Of a stretch of 64,000 nucleotides of DNA, positions 35,080 to 48,084 are shown piece after piece. The notes beneath the pieces are model-generated. The model was not told the origin of the DNA, made no database searches, and was given only the letters and a program-made list of their open reading frames with translations. The stretch's first letter is position 1. Every line of letters begins with the position of its first letter. Made by a program: the position numbers and the translations under genes. Source of the stretch: Octopus sinensis (Eukaryota); assembly GCF_006345805.1 (NCBI RefSeq), contig NC_043014.1, positions 26,722,001 through 26,786,000 of the forward strand. Reading direction: 5' to 3'.

Positions 35080-35106
35080 GTATGTATATATATATATGTA
35101 TGTATG

Positions 35107-35148
<42 letters not shown>

Positions 35149-35217
35149 CATATATATATATGTGTGTATGTATATATATATATATGTATGTATGTATATA
35201 TATATATCTTTATATAC

Positions 35218-35263
<46 letters not shown>
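34940..35263. repeat. (TA)n/(CA)n/(TG)n microsatellite
   Basis: Seen directly. Confidence 0.95.
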
Positions 35264-35264
<1 letters not shown>

Positions 35265-35596
35265 AAGGCGCATGGTTCAGTGGTTAGAGCGTCGAGCTTA
35301 CGATCCTGAGGTTGTGAGCTCGAATTCCGGACCGGGCTGCGTGTTGTGTTCTTGAGCAAGACACTTTATTTCACGTTGCTCCAGTTAACTCAGCTGTACA
35401 AATGAGTTGCGACGTCACGGGTGTCAAGCTGTATCGGCCCTTGCCTTCCCCTTGGATAACACTGGTGGCGTGGAGAGAGGAGGCCGGTATGCATGGGCGA
35501 CTGCTGGTCTTCCATAAACAACCTTGTCCAGACTTGTGACTAGGAGGGTAACTTTCTAGGTGCAACTTTCTATTGTTGTGACCGAAGGGGGTCCCG

Positions 35597-35600
<4 letters not shown>
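35265..35600 (+). mobile_element. tRNA-head SINE (family C)
   Basis: ggcgcatggttcagtggttagagcgtcg...tcgaattcc head; cttgagcaagacacttt core. Confidence 0.8.
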
Positions 35601-35672
<72 letters not shown>

Positions 35673-35675
<3 letters not shown>

Positions 35676-35798
35676 TTTATTTTATAGAAGGAGCTTCTAC
35701 AGGACTAGAACTGTTTCATTCAAATGAAATCATCAGGATGATTTCATTTGAATGAAACAGTTCTAGTCCTGTAGAAGTTCCTTCTATAAAATAAATTA
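35673..35798. repeat. Near-perfect palindrome: 62-bp arms, 2-nt loop
   Basis: 35673-35734 is the reverse complement of 35737-35798 with one G/T pair. Confidence 0.95.
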
Positions 35799-35949
35799 AT
35801 TTACTCTGCTATGTATTGAGTTCCTTATTTACTGTGGTTAACCCCGACTCAACCCGGGACCTTCATATATATACATATATATATGTATATATATATATAT
35901 GAGAGTGATTATGAAGCTCACACTGCAACCACCTGATCAAAAGCGCTCC

Positions 35950-38400
35950 TGGTTGATCATATCAAGGGAAAATCTGGCATAGCTTGAAGTAGATCCAACT
36001 TGTTTCCTTAAACGTTTCCTAAGTCGGGATGAGTACTGAGGTCATCACTTTGAGCCTGAGACAAAGAGACAAACCATGCAGTAGAAACACCCTTTCTCAC
36101 TTGTTCCACATGGTCGTTTCGTCCGCAGGAAAGGTGATGGCCTCAGGTTTTTGTTGATGCAAAACACATTGTGTTTATGTCACTTGTTGAGGCAGTCAAG
36201 CGCTTACTTCCTTTATCTCTTCTAAGGTAGAGCCTGTCGATATCACTATTTTTGCGGAGATATCCAGTTGATGTTGCGGGTTTTAATGTCTATGGAGTGG
36301 ATTTCTTCTACAGATATCCCAATTATTGGAATCAGCACTGGCACTGCAAATGCATTATGGGATATTGTCATATAAGAGGAGAGTTCAGACTGCCATATTT
36401 TTCTTAGTCTGGTATAATATTCTTGGGCCACTCTATCTTTATTTACAGACCTTGGTACGATATATTTTCATCAATGCCAAGGTACTTGTAGCATTCTATG
36501 TGAGGGATAGGAGAGGTTTTGTGTCCGGGAGACTGATTTTTCCCCGTTCCACAATTAAATAAGAACATTTTTCCGACCATATTCCATTCCCATGTCAGCT
36601 AAGAATGTTGTTATTAATTCCAGTTGTGTTTTGGCATCGTTAACATTTTTAGCATAAATCTTAATATCATCCACTAAGAAATTAATATCTTTTGCAGTTG
36701 CAAACCCTAGCATGTAGCCATTTGTTTTTTGTAGCAGGAATGATAATGGATTTAACGCGATAATGAACAGAAGCTCAGAGAGTCTATCTCCCTGGAATAT
36801 TTCCTTTGAAATATTTATAGCATTGGAGACGAATGTTTTACTCTCTTCTAAGCGTGAGGATTGTGGCTCAGGTCTTTATGAGTCTCTGAAAGGCAGCAAT
36901 TAAGGTAACAGGCACTTTTGCCAAATGGAGACACTTCAGCAGCCATGAGTGAGGAATAGAGTCAAATGCCTTTCAGTCACCAAGCCAGTGTTGTAAGGCT
37001 CCTACGATGGTATTTCTTTTTTCACCTCGGATAGTACGTTGTTTATCGAAAGTTATTCAGTCACAATAATCCTGGAGGAAATGGTTGAAGCAGCTTGTTT
37101 ATAGTTTATACATATTTAGGCAAGCAACGGGCCTGTAGTTCTCGGGCAACTCGGTGGTTTCATTCTTGGCTACGAAATTCGTCCGTGCTATATACCAAGC
37201 CAATTTGATATGTCAATCTGACCTTCCATAGTACTTTTGAATATTCTTATGAGTAGTTTCCTAAAAATATCAGCCTCTTATACCAGTATCCAACTATTAG
37301 ATCCCTTCCAGGTGCCTTCCCATTATGCAGTTTGCCTACAGCTATGGTAACAATTTCCGGGTCAATTGCATGTGTTTTACTGTTGATGCTGGTACAGTAT
37401 CCTCTCTTAACTGCATTTAGCCACGATGCATTGAGGTTGAGATTCTTCTTTTCCTTCCAGATTTTCAACCAGTATGATTCAAGATCTCCTGGACAGGGGG
37501 CTTTCTTGGCGGTAATATTTTCTTTCCTCATTTTTCTATATACTGCCAGTGGGTTAGAAGCAAATTTGTGATTTATTCAGATTCATTTAAAAATTCGTTT
37601 GTGGTAGCGAAGATTTTCGTTCAGAACCGTGAGATTGTGTTTTAGAGTAATTAACTTCCCCTCAAAGCTTGTTGCGAAGAGTAACCACACAGTTTTGTTA
37701 ATTTGTTTATAAGATGTGACTGATGAGGTGTGAACTCATTGTTCCTCTTACATTTTATTGTCGTGGTTAATCAGCCAATATGGCGACGTGGATTGTGAAT
37801 GTTTCCTTTAAGTTTTGTTTTCCATCTAGATTGCTTTCGTTTAGTAGTTTCATTCCCATGCATTCTGCAGATTTCTCCTAAGAGTTACAGCAGCTGTGTA
37901 TATAACGGTATTAATACTCTAGTAATTAGCATCGCATGCTTCCATGTGCTCTCCAGCAACATCGTCGATAACTTTCAATATTAGAGCTGTTGAATTTTTT
38001 CTAAATCTTGTTAATAATGGCCTGATAATTAACGATAGTTTACCAAAAGTAAAAAAGTTTTCTATGAAGTGTTGTTTCAGGATATTTCTAAGTTGAATGC
38101 AGTCTACACTTGTCTCTGTTGATTCAGCTACACTTTAAGAGACACGGGAATTTAGTGATGGCAGTGGTTTGTTTGCATCATTTTCGATCTCTCTTCTGTC
38201 AGGTTTTAGCCAGTTCTCAGTGTTTTGAGAAGATCGATTTGCAGCACGAGTATAAGTTATTCTTCTCTCAAAAAATGCTGCTTGTTGTCGAAGTTGTTTC
38301 GCTGTAAAGTACTTAAGTTGGGATAAAATTCGTCCCAGTATTTGTAACTGCTTCATATATCCGACAAAAGGGTCTTCAGTGGCTTTTTCGAAGTAGAACT
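35950..38400 (-). mobile_element. Decayed R4/Dong-like (RLE) non-LTR retrotransposon, RT region
   Basis: KLHNGKAPGRDLIVGYWYKRL, IFQGDRLSELLFIIALNP, YYTRLRKIWQSELSSY motifs. Confidence 0.75.
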
Positions 38401-38739
38401 TGGTTTAGATGCAGAGTCCAAGTAAAATGAGAGGAGCATTTATGTCTTCTTAAATAGCTTACTGGTGCTAGTGATGTTTTCATTGGTGGCACTGTTGTTA
38501 ATTTCAGTCATAATCGTGTTAGTGAAATTGCACGTGGTATGGAGTATATATTTAAAATCCTATCTAATAACGTTACGCTGATAGGTAAAAGGTGTTTTTT
38601 CTTGTTTATAGTGGGAGAAATAAACCAGTTACTAATTTAAGCTGGAGGAGTCGGCATAGATATAGAAGGGAACGTTAAAATTTTTTTTTTAATGGCCCTC
38701 TGCGCCTGCACGTCTGATGTTGATGGTGCCATCTTGATA

Positions 38740-38841
38740 TGTATGTACGTATGTATGTATGTATGTATGTATGTATGTATGTATGTATGTATGTATGTAT
38801 GTATGTATGTATGTATGTATGTACGTATGTATGTATGTATG

Positions 38842-38875
<34 letters not shown>

Positions 38876-38890
38876 TGTATGTATGTACAC
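38740..38890. repeat. (ATGT)n microsatellite
   Basis: Seen directly. Confidence 0.95.
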
Positions 38891-39149
38891 ATGCACGATA
38901 AACCGAAGTTTCAGTGCTGACCTTAATATGTCATTGTAACTAGACACGATTCTTTCTTAGGAATCGTGCCTAGATACAAAAAGATTTTGCTGCTTTTTGA
39001 ATGCGAGATGCAGTCCCTGTGTCCAAAGTTTTATTTATTTATTTATTTATTTAGTTACCCATGCTACCAAAGTATTTAAAAGAATCGACAACAGATAATG
39101 ATCTTTTATCTTTCCCATATATTTGAGGAACAATAGGATCCTGCCCTGG

Positions 39150-39560
39150 TGCAAGTTGATACACTACTTTTCTTAACAGTATTCTTTATTCAATAGAAAT
39201 ACGGACTATTTACAACCACGACATAAAATCTTTAGAATGCTTTCATCAAAGTGTCTTCTTAAAATTCTGAGGGTTGGCTGAGAATCGTATACACAGAGGA
39301 TTTAGAGAAAGCAGGAATTTCATCAACTCACTAAATTCTGGTTTGCAATCAGCTGGGGTGGATTGACTATTTACTACGGATGGGAGTGTAGAGATAAATA
39401 CATCCCTAACCAGGTATTTTATGGTGAGCTACCTGCTGGGAAACGAAAACAGTGTAAACCAAAACAAAACGATATAAAGACTTGCTGAAAACAGCCTTGC
39501 GGAGTTGAATATATCATGCAAAGATAACTCTTGACAGAAATAATGGGGGAAAAATGATCT
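39150..39560 (+). mobile_element. Decayed RTE fragment; the C2H2-finger fragment at 40601-40786 is probably part of the same element
   Basis: LYSIEIRTIYNHDIKSLECFHQ..LKIL resembles the RTE C-terminal domain; CMSCAGLKRHLNIH and CTVC..LSGLKSHLLVH resemble terminal RTE zinc fingers. Confidence 0.55.
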
Positions 39561-39796
39561 GGTCTGGGATTAAATATTTTGCAGAAAACAAACAAAAGTA
39601 TGCATAATTTAAAAGAACTACGAAAAATAATACCCTACTAAACACAGAGAATCGTCCTTCAGCTGCTCAACGTGTGACAGGTTGGCTTAACTTCACATCT
39701 GAGATCTCATATTCGTATAGTTGGCCCAGATGGCACAAAGACCATTCCAGGAGACACACTCATAAACCATATTTGTAATAATATATCTAACTCAGG

Positions 39797-39950
39797 CTGC
39801 AAGTTGGCAGAATCATTAGCAGGCTGGGTAAAATGCTTAGCGGCATTTCGTCTGTCTTTATGTTCTGAGTTCAAATTCCGCCGAAGTCGACTTTACCATT
39901 CACCCTTTCGGGATCCATAAGATAATTGCCAGTTGAACTCCGGAGTCGAT
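39797..39950 (+). mobile_element. SINE family B
   Basis: ggcagaatcattagca...gagttcaaattccgccgaagtcgacttt. Confidence 0.8.
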
Positions 39951-40601
39951 GTGTGAGGTTGTAAGGTTGCTATTTATAGCATGTCAACTGACCAAGTAAA
40001 GACTTGCTCCTAGGTTGCAGTAGTTCTTAGCAATGATAATTGCAAGGATATGAAGTCATTGTCTAAGTCCCAATCTCCTTTTCATGTGTCAGTAATGGAG
40101 CATTGGAGGGCGCATGGCTTAATGATTAGAATAAAATCAAAGCTATCTGCTGATTCTACACGGTGGAAGAAGGCTCCAACACTGATGTCATATACCTTGA
40201 TTTCAGCAAGGCATTTGACAGAGTGGACCACAAAATCCCACTGAAGAAACTGTGCAACATTGGAGTTCGTGGAAAGCTGCTGCAGTGGATAAAGCGCTTC
40301 CTGAGAACAGAACCCAACAGGTCCTGTTTCAAGCTCAGCCAACATGTCCGATCAAGCTCAGCCAAAGTCAGTAGTTGTATCCCACAAGGTACTGTGTTGG
40401 GCCCACTCCTCTTTATTATCTACATCGATGACATAGTAGATGTCATCAAACTTTCTACATTTAAAATCTTTGCAGATGATTCCAAATTCCAGAAGGCCAT
40501 AAACGATGGGAGACCGAACATGCCTTCAGTCGGATCTGTTTGCTGTTGTCCAGTGGGCAGAAAAGAACAATATGCTTCTAAATGAAAAAAAGTTCAATTT
40601 G
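39951..40601 (+). mobile_element. CR1-like LINE RT fragment (copy 1 of a 651-bp duplication)
   Basis: VIYLDFSKAFDRVDHK, PQGTVLGPLLFIIYIDD, IFADD; near-identical to 48085-48735. Confidence 0.85.
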
Positions 40602-41299
40602 TGCCAAAATTTGAAATCAATAATAAATGTATGTCCTGTGCTGGTCTAAAAAGGCATTTAAATATCCATAAATCAAACAAAACAAACATGCCACATGTGG
40701 TGAGACATATTTGCACTGTTTGTAAAGCAAATTTTAGACAGCAGCTCTCGGGACTTAAAAGCCACTTACTTGTTCATGTACAGTAAAACACATCTAATAA
40801 GAAGTAAAGCTTTGAATAGCAGCAGATTACTTCCATTGAAGCACGTATGTCACTATTGCCATGCATAAATGAGAAAAAAATGTGCTCATATGTAGTAGGG
40901 TCCATTGATTTATTCGGAGATCAGGTTTTACTCCGTTGCTACACCGAGCTTTTCGTGTCATGTTCCTGTGTGTGTGTGTGTGTGTTTAACTGGTACAACA
41001 CCCAGTAAAAACACGCACACACGACACGTGCCAATAAAGGAGTCTCTATGTAGTCACGCAACCTGCTAGAAATAGCAACCAAATTACTCTCAAATCATAC
41101 CCCTATCTGCTCAAAAAAAAGCGAAAGCCACATTAGAGAAAGTAGCACCAGCTGCTCATGAAAAGATAGGATGGTCATAACTGGCTGGAATACTATGATT
41201 ATAATTCCGATCGATCAAGTTTACCTAACAACACAAACCATACAGACAAATCCAAACACACACACACACACATAGTGTACTACTTTCACGGCTTGCCTA

Positions 41300-41900
41300 T
41301 AATCACATACTAATTATACACGGAATGAATACGCCATTTAAAACTCATTAAAGACAGAATGCTACTTGTATCATACCTAGCTACAAACTAAATTTTATTC
41401 AAAGAGTTCAGAATTAGGAACCAGTTCATCAACACAAAACCACAAACATTGCGAGGCTACAGCAAGGACTTCAAACAGCTATTGTAATAAACAAATTTCA
41501 ATGTAAACATGAAAATTGTAAACTTCATGACTCAAACTGTTACATCGGATATACATCGGTTGGCCACACATTTACAACGAGGCATCAAAACAATTCATTA
41601 GAATACAGAATATGAAGCAAACTAGATAAAACATTGATCGATAATAAAAGGTAACTGGATGATTAACAGTAAAAAATAAAAACCAGTAAAATACAGACCG
41701 AAAACATAATACAGACAGAGCAGCCATACAATGAACTATAGAAGCAATGTTAAATAAACAGTTACTTTTAAATCCTGTGAAGAGGATTTTATGACTTACA
41801 ACATCACCGCCACGATCTTTTGCTGTTTATTACAAAACATTGTAACAATAACGCTAATATAATCACTTCATCCTGAAGACGAACCCGAAAATCGACGCTA
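41300..41900 (+). mobile_element. Penelope-like element GIY-YIG remnant
   Basis: VINKFQCKHENCKLHDSNCYIGYT; ends near cctgaagacgaacccgaaa. Confidence 0.5.
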
Positions 41901-41951
41901 AGCTTACAGGACTAATTAGAAAACACACACACGCACGTACACACATACACA

Positions 41952-42032
<81 letters not shown>

Positions 42033-42110
42033 TGCGTACATACATATTTATGCACACGCACACACGTGCGCGCACATATGCACTTACACGCGCGCGCGTA
42101 CATACATACA

Positions 42111-42143
<33 letters not shown>

Positions 42144-42163
42144 TAATTTCAATTTTTTTCCAG

Positions 42164-42289
42164 TGACTGTAGTGGCATTGAACTGTGTGTATACGAGATT
42201 CGTTACGAAATGTCAGAGTGTCATGGCAGCAACTAAAATAATTACTTTGCTACTGGTTATCAGCGGTGGTATATTTTCCCTCAGCCAAG
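42164..42289 (+). CDS. SLC7 transporter exon 2
   Basis: ttttttccAG| (L)[41 protein letters not shown](G) |GTACGT; 126 nt, phase 1-1. Confidence 0.9.
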
Positions 42290-42776
42290 GTACGTAAATT
42301 ATTATAGTACGAGCAAATTGAAATGTAATAAAAAATTGAAATATATTTAAGTAATAATAATCATGTCGTTAAAGGCATAAAACATTAGCCTACTGATCTG
42401 GCAAGTAGAGGAAAAGCTATTCCTCGAAGTTAAGGTCTAATAACCACAAAACATGTCCTAAATTGTAGCTCATACGTTTGAAAATCAGATTCAAATAATA
42501 TTAGTTAGTCAGGAAATGTTTTCTTTTCCTCAGAGTATCAAAACTTTAAGCTAAGGTTGCCAGTTTATCAATTTCCCAATTTCAATTGTTTTGCTTCTCA
42601 ACGATACTTTGTCGACAAATTAACACCAAATTACAACGTATAAAAATACAAAGCTTAGAATAAAACATTCAAAGAAAATAGACCCGCAACAAAGGCGAAA
42701 ATTGTCTGTTGGGCTTCAAGAATTGGTTTATCTACGTAGCTGATCCTTATTTTTAAAACGTTTTCGTGTATTACAG

Positions 42777-42876
42777 GAGAAATAGAAAACTTCAAAGAAC
42801 CGTTTGAAAACAGCAAGACTGATGTTGCTTCTCTAGTACTTGCAGTTTTATATTCCATTTTTTCTTATGGAGGATG
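42777..42876 (+). CDS. SLC7 transporter exon 3
   Basis: ttacAG| (G)EIENFKEPFENSKTDVASLVLAVLYSIFSYGG(W) |GTGAGT; 100 nt, phase 1-2. Confidence 0.9.
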
Positions 42877-43180
42877 GTGAGTGGAGATTAAATATTTTTT
42901 TTTCAATTATTCGTATATTTTGAGGAAGTTTCACTTTTATTTTCAACTTATGAAATATTCAAGAGAAGAAACTTTACTTGTTAGATATATGGAAAATAGC
43001 TGTTAATGGAGCATGTTGCGATTATTGTAATTATGAAACAATGGTTCAAACTCAACATTAATTGCTAGTTTTAAACAAAATCTTTGATAAATGCACTTCG
43101 GTGTCTGTGAGTGTGAGTTTGTATGCATTTGTGTGAGTGTGTGTTTATTATTATGTAAATATATGAAATATACATACATA

Positions 43181-43337
43181 GGCGCAGGAGTGGCTGTGTG
43201 ATAAGTAGCTTGCTTACCAACCACATGGTTCCGGGTTCAGTCCCACTGCGTGGCACCTTGGGAAAGTGTCTTCTACTATAGCCTCGAGCCGACCAAAGCC
43301 TTGTGAGTGGATTTGGTAGACGGAAACTGAAAGAAGC

Positions 43338-43383
<46 letters not shown>

Positions 43384-43506
43384 TGTATGTATATGTTTGT
43401 GAGTCTGTGTTTGTCCCCCCACCATCGCTTGACAACCGATGTTGGTGTGTTTACGTCCCCGTAACTTAGCGGTTCGGCAAAAGAGACCGATAAAATAAGT
43501 ACTAGG

Positions 43507-43510
<4 letters not shown>
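43181..43510 (+). mobile_element. SINE family A copy followed by (CATA)n
   Basis: Close to the 16791 copy. Confidence 0.9.
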
Positions 43511-43538
<28 letters not shown>

Positions 43539-43699
43539 CATACATACATACGTACATACATACATACATACATACATACATACATACATACATACATACA
43601 TACATACGTACATACATACGTACATACATACATACATACATACATACATACATACATACATACATACATACATACATACATACATACATACATTTTCAA

Positions 43700-44810
43700 T
43701 ATTAACAGAAAAATAAGCATTAATTTTTACATCCGAGTGACTTTTTCTTTCTTTACAATTGTTAAATTCGTATCTGTTTTATTCTTTTAAGATGGGTTTA
43801 GATCATATAAGACATTGCATGTTGTACGAAGTGAAATGGACAATGGAAGCCGCAAGGAATATTCGTTATGTCAATGGAAATATAACTTGAATTCTCGGGA
43901 CATGCCAATGGTTTGGTCAGTTTTGTTCGAGAAACTTTTTTTCTTGAAGACTCACCTCGATGTGGACGACCAAGTTCTATCAATATTGAGCTTCTGGAAA
44001 CCAAAAAACCCTAATTGTGGAAAACACAAAGCAAACTGCAGGAGAATTTGCAAAAGAGTTCAAGTCACACTTTGATCATAAAACAGCTTCATGAACTGGG
44101 AAAAGTGTCTAAACTCGGTCAGTGGGTCTCTCATCACCTGACTGAATCTCAGCTTAATGGAGGAGTTGCTCTCTGTGCATTATTGAGGAGTAAGCTTGCT
44201 ACTGAATCTTTCCTGGGTAGAATCATTACAAATGATGAACAGTTGGTTCTCTATAAGTATATCCAATGAAAACGACAATGGTTAGCAACCGGTGAAAAAG
44301 GAGAACCCATCCCCAAACCAGGAGTGCACTCCCAAATAGTTATACCCTGTGTTTGGTGGGATATGAAACGTGTTGTCTATCTCATGATAGATGTTAAACC
44401 AAACCGAAACAGTTTATGCAGAGAAATATTGTCGGAAATTGGAAGCATTGTAAATTAGCAGAAAAACGTCTATCATGGTCAATCGTGAAAGGGCGTTGCT
44501 CTTACTCAGCATTACGAAAGCACATATTGCCCAAGTTACTCAGGAAAACATTATGGCACTAAATATGCAGCTTTTGCTTCATCCTCCTTACTCTCTTGAC
44601 ATTGCTCCATCTGACTGCCATCGTTTTAGATTATTGCAATATTGATTTGAAGGAAAACGGTTTATTAATTGCGAAGAGGTTAAAAATGATATTGTTTCGT
44701 AACCTTGAAACTTGAAAAGTATTTTACGTCCAAGGGATTAACAATCTACCAAATAGATGGGCTTGTTGTCAATAATGAGGGCAATTATTATCTTGATTAA
44801 ATCTAATGTA
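43700..44810 (+). mobile_element. Decayed mariner transposon
   Basis: GKVSKLGQWVSHHL, FLGRIITNDEQLVLY, VWWD, HPPYSLDIAPSD motifs (WVPHEL / TGDEKW / YSPDLAPSD equivalents) with stops and frameshifts. Confidence 0.85.
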
Positions 44811-45102
44811 TATCAAGATGCGCGCACGCGCGTGTTTGAGTATGAAAATGAGAGAGAAAAGTATTCAATATATATAACAGAGTTCGCTTATTCGTTTAAC
44901 CAAAATGATTTATACAGTCACTAGTTGAAGTTTCAAGGCACGTGTCTGAAGAATCGTATTTGTTAGAAAAATAAAAAAGACATCATGTGTGTGTGGTGGG
45001 GGTGTATGGGTGTGTGATGTAAGAGAAAGGCCGAGGGAGAGAATTTGTTAATCAGTTTTCCTTCAATATTTTTGTCTCCCAATATCTTCTGTTTTTATTC
45101 AG

Positions 45103-45147
45103 GGCAATTATTGCAGCATTATCTGAGGATATGAAAAACTCTGCCAG
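45103..45147 (+). CDS. SLC7 transporter exon 4 (45 nt)
   Basis: tttttattcAG| (W)AIIAALSEDMKNSA(R) |GTAAGT; aligns to WNYLNFVTEELKNP.R; phase 2-2. Confidence 0.8.
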
Positions 45148-45679
45148 GTAAGTTTTTTAAAAAGTCAAGAAGAGAATGTAAGAAGTTACATCATTATAAG
45201 TCTTACAGTTACTTTCCATTTTGCTCAAAATTCAGATCTCGGTGGGATCCATTTTCCTTTTCAATTCTCTGGAGTGAATAAAATAGTGCTACATTGTACT
45301 ATAGAATATATTTAAACAAGTTAACAAAACAATGTATTTTAACAGACATATGCAAGCACCTTGTCATTATTTCCAATATCTTCGCAAACAGAAAAGGCAA
45401 AATCTGACGGATTACTTTCTATCCTATATTAGAATTTTATCAACGACCGAGTTACCGCTTTCATTGTCCAAAGGCCATTGCCTCTAAACCATTATTACTA
45501 AATGGTTAAGTAAATGGATTAGACAGTATGTATATATAACATGTTCTTAGCAGTTACTTTGATTAATAATAAATTACTGTTTATTAAGTGAACTGGTTGA
45601 CAAGAATGCATTATATTTGCAAATATGTCCAATTTACTTACTGATTAATAATGGTCAGTAAAAGTGATGGGGAGACTTG

Positions 45680-46330
45680 TTACTGTTGAAGTCCCAACTC
45701 AAGTTTGAAACTAGTTTGTCTGATTCCTCTTTCTCTGCCCACAAACATATAGTGACAAAGTGCTTACTCGGTGGCAAAGTTGTAAATTTACCTATCTCGG
45801 GATCGTATTCACGAGTGAAGGAAAGCAGGAAGCTAAATTGGATGCTGGAATTACAAGGGTACTGGCACAGTAATGCGCCAGCTCTATCATTCGATCCACA
45901 CTATCTTCAGTTCAGTTTTGTTGTCCATCCTTTCTACAGCCATGAATATTTGGTAATGACTGAAAGAGTACGATGGTAATATAAGTGGCCGAAATGGGGC
46001 ACCACCGAAAGGTCTCGGGAGTAACGTTGCTCAACAAGGTGCATGGCTCAGAGATCCAGGTCGAGCCGCTACTTTTCTAAGTTGAGAAGTATAGTACACT
46101 AGAGACGTGTGATTAGAATGTCGCAAGAATGAATTGCAAGACGGATCTTTCAAGCCGGGTCAACCAGCAGGAGACCAAGAATGAGATGAGTGGAAAATAT
46201 CCAAAGTCTCAATTGGTCATGCTCAGGAATCCAGCCGGAATATCTAATGACAGTTGTTTCTGATAGAACCCTAAGGAGAAGGTGCCTGAGGACTCTACCT
46301 TCATGACCCTCCCAAGAATAGAGGGCGGAG
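45680..46330 (+). mobile_element. Decayed RTE (Expander-like) 3' fragment
   Basis: YLGIVFTSEGKQE, YSHEYLVMTERVR, AEMG...VSGVTLLNKV motifs across frames. Confidence 0.6.
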
Positions 46331-47113
46331 TAAATGGGTGGATGGATGGATATTTTCATTATCCTAGGTATCATGATTATCCGTAGCGTATACATTATGG
46401 AGCTAAGTTCTTTCTCAGTTCTTTGCTTGAGGCGCGTTGATACTTATCCTGTCATCAATAATGATGGTTATAAAACTGCAAAGAGTCTATTTTGGGTACT
46501 GGATTTACAGACTCTTCATCTATGGTACACAGTTGACTACTTTCTCCTGTATTTTTCTTTCCACGGTGACGTCCAGTTGGGTGTTGACATCCACAACACA
46601 ACATGTTTTATTTAGTATTCTAAAAACAACGGTTGTGATTTAATTTGTTTGTTTCATACTTAGATTCACTCAGTACTCATTTATCCCTTAATTTCAATAT
46701 ATTTATCATTATGTTTTTGTTATATTTTTATCCTTGGCTCTACTCAAGATTTCTATTGCTAACAAATCGAGTCTTGTAAGAAGGTAGTATAATGAAAACA
46801 TTTTTTTCACAGTTTGCAGTTTTGGTTTGTTGTGAGTTATAGCTTTTAACTCGTGTAGATGATAATTGGAGAATATTTCTTATACTTGGAATGCACGAAG
46901 GTAACTTTCGAAGTGTGATGTAATAAACTTGTTGGTACTCCATGCCAGGCTTTTTAGTGTGATGTATTCCCTCAATGGTCTGTGTTTTTCATTTCAAGTA
47001 CCCCTGTACCACCAACTCAGTAAACTGCTACAGAAGTATGTACGTATGTTGGTATTTATTCGTTTATGAGTCTATGTATGTATATATTTCTTGTTATTTA
47101 TCTTTACTGTATA

Positions 47114-47151
<38 letters not shown>

Positions 47152-47592
47152 GGGGCTGTTTGGTGGCGTTTGGGTGGGTGTGTGAGCGTGTGTAAATTAG
47201 TGTATAAATGACTTTATATAGTTTATATCTTAAGGTGGGTTAAATGTTTTAAGTTGTAAGGGTGTGTTTCAAGTGAGAACATCTGTTGGGAACTCCAAGG
47301 TAAGTGTGCGTGTGTGTGTGTGTGTGAACATACAAAAATACATACACACAAACACAGGCCCACTCCAAAAGATATATATATGTATGTATTATGAGTGTGT
47401 GTATAATTGTTATGTATTTCCGTGGGTGTTAAGGAGGTGTGTGTTTGCTGTTCCATTGGCTTAAGTGTGGGTGCGTATCGTGGTTCACCTCCAAACAGTT
47501 CTTGTCAATATATGTTATGTCCATTTTGTTGCAGATTTGTTGATGTTGTTGATGTCCGTTGTGTGCGTGCGTGTGTGTGTGTGTGTGTGTGT

Positions 47593-47644
<52 letters not shown>

Positions 47645-47689
47645 CGTGTGTAGATAATGGCTTCCTTTAAACATCTTCAGTTAATTGAG

Positions 47690-47723
47690 CAAACAAGTTA
47701 ATGATAATAATGAGGAAGAGAAT

Positions 47724-47767
<44 letters not shown>

Positions 47768-47915
47768 GGAGGAGGAGGAGGAGGAGGAGGAGGATGTTGA
47801 TGATAAGGACGACGACGACGACGACGACGATGATGGTAAGGATGAGGATGATGATGGTGATAAGGGCGACGACGACGATGATGACGATGAAGATGACAAT
47901 GAGGAAAATTCCAGT
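47690..47915. repeat. Compound (GAT/GAG/GAC)n trinucleotide repeat
   Basis: Seen directly. Confidence 0.9.
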
Positions 47916-48084
47916 GAGATGGGTGGTATTGATTGTTTTTGTTGTTTAGTCTCAAAGAAACCCAGAACGAGCAGAACTTTGATCATATCAGAGGTGATCC
48001 AGTTGTGACAATGCAGTCCCTTTCCAATGCACACTTCACAGTGCACTTAGAACCATATCATCCCACGTGAACTTATTTTCTAAA

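Noticed and set aside
34828-35309. ORFs of YI/MYV/HT repeats (also ~2162, 38675, 41863, 43276, 52641, 58740)
   Set aside because: Translations of microsatellites.
47685-48008. Poly-Asp/Glu ORF
   Set aside because: Compound trinucleotide microsatellite with no splice context or flanking domain.
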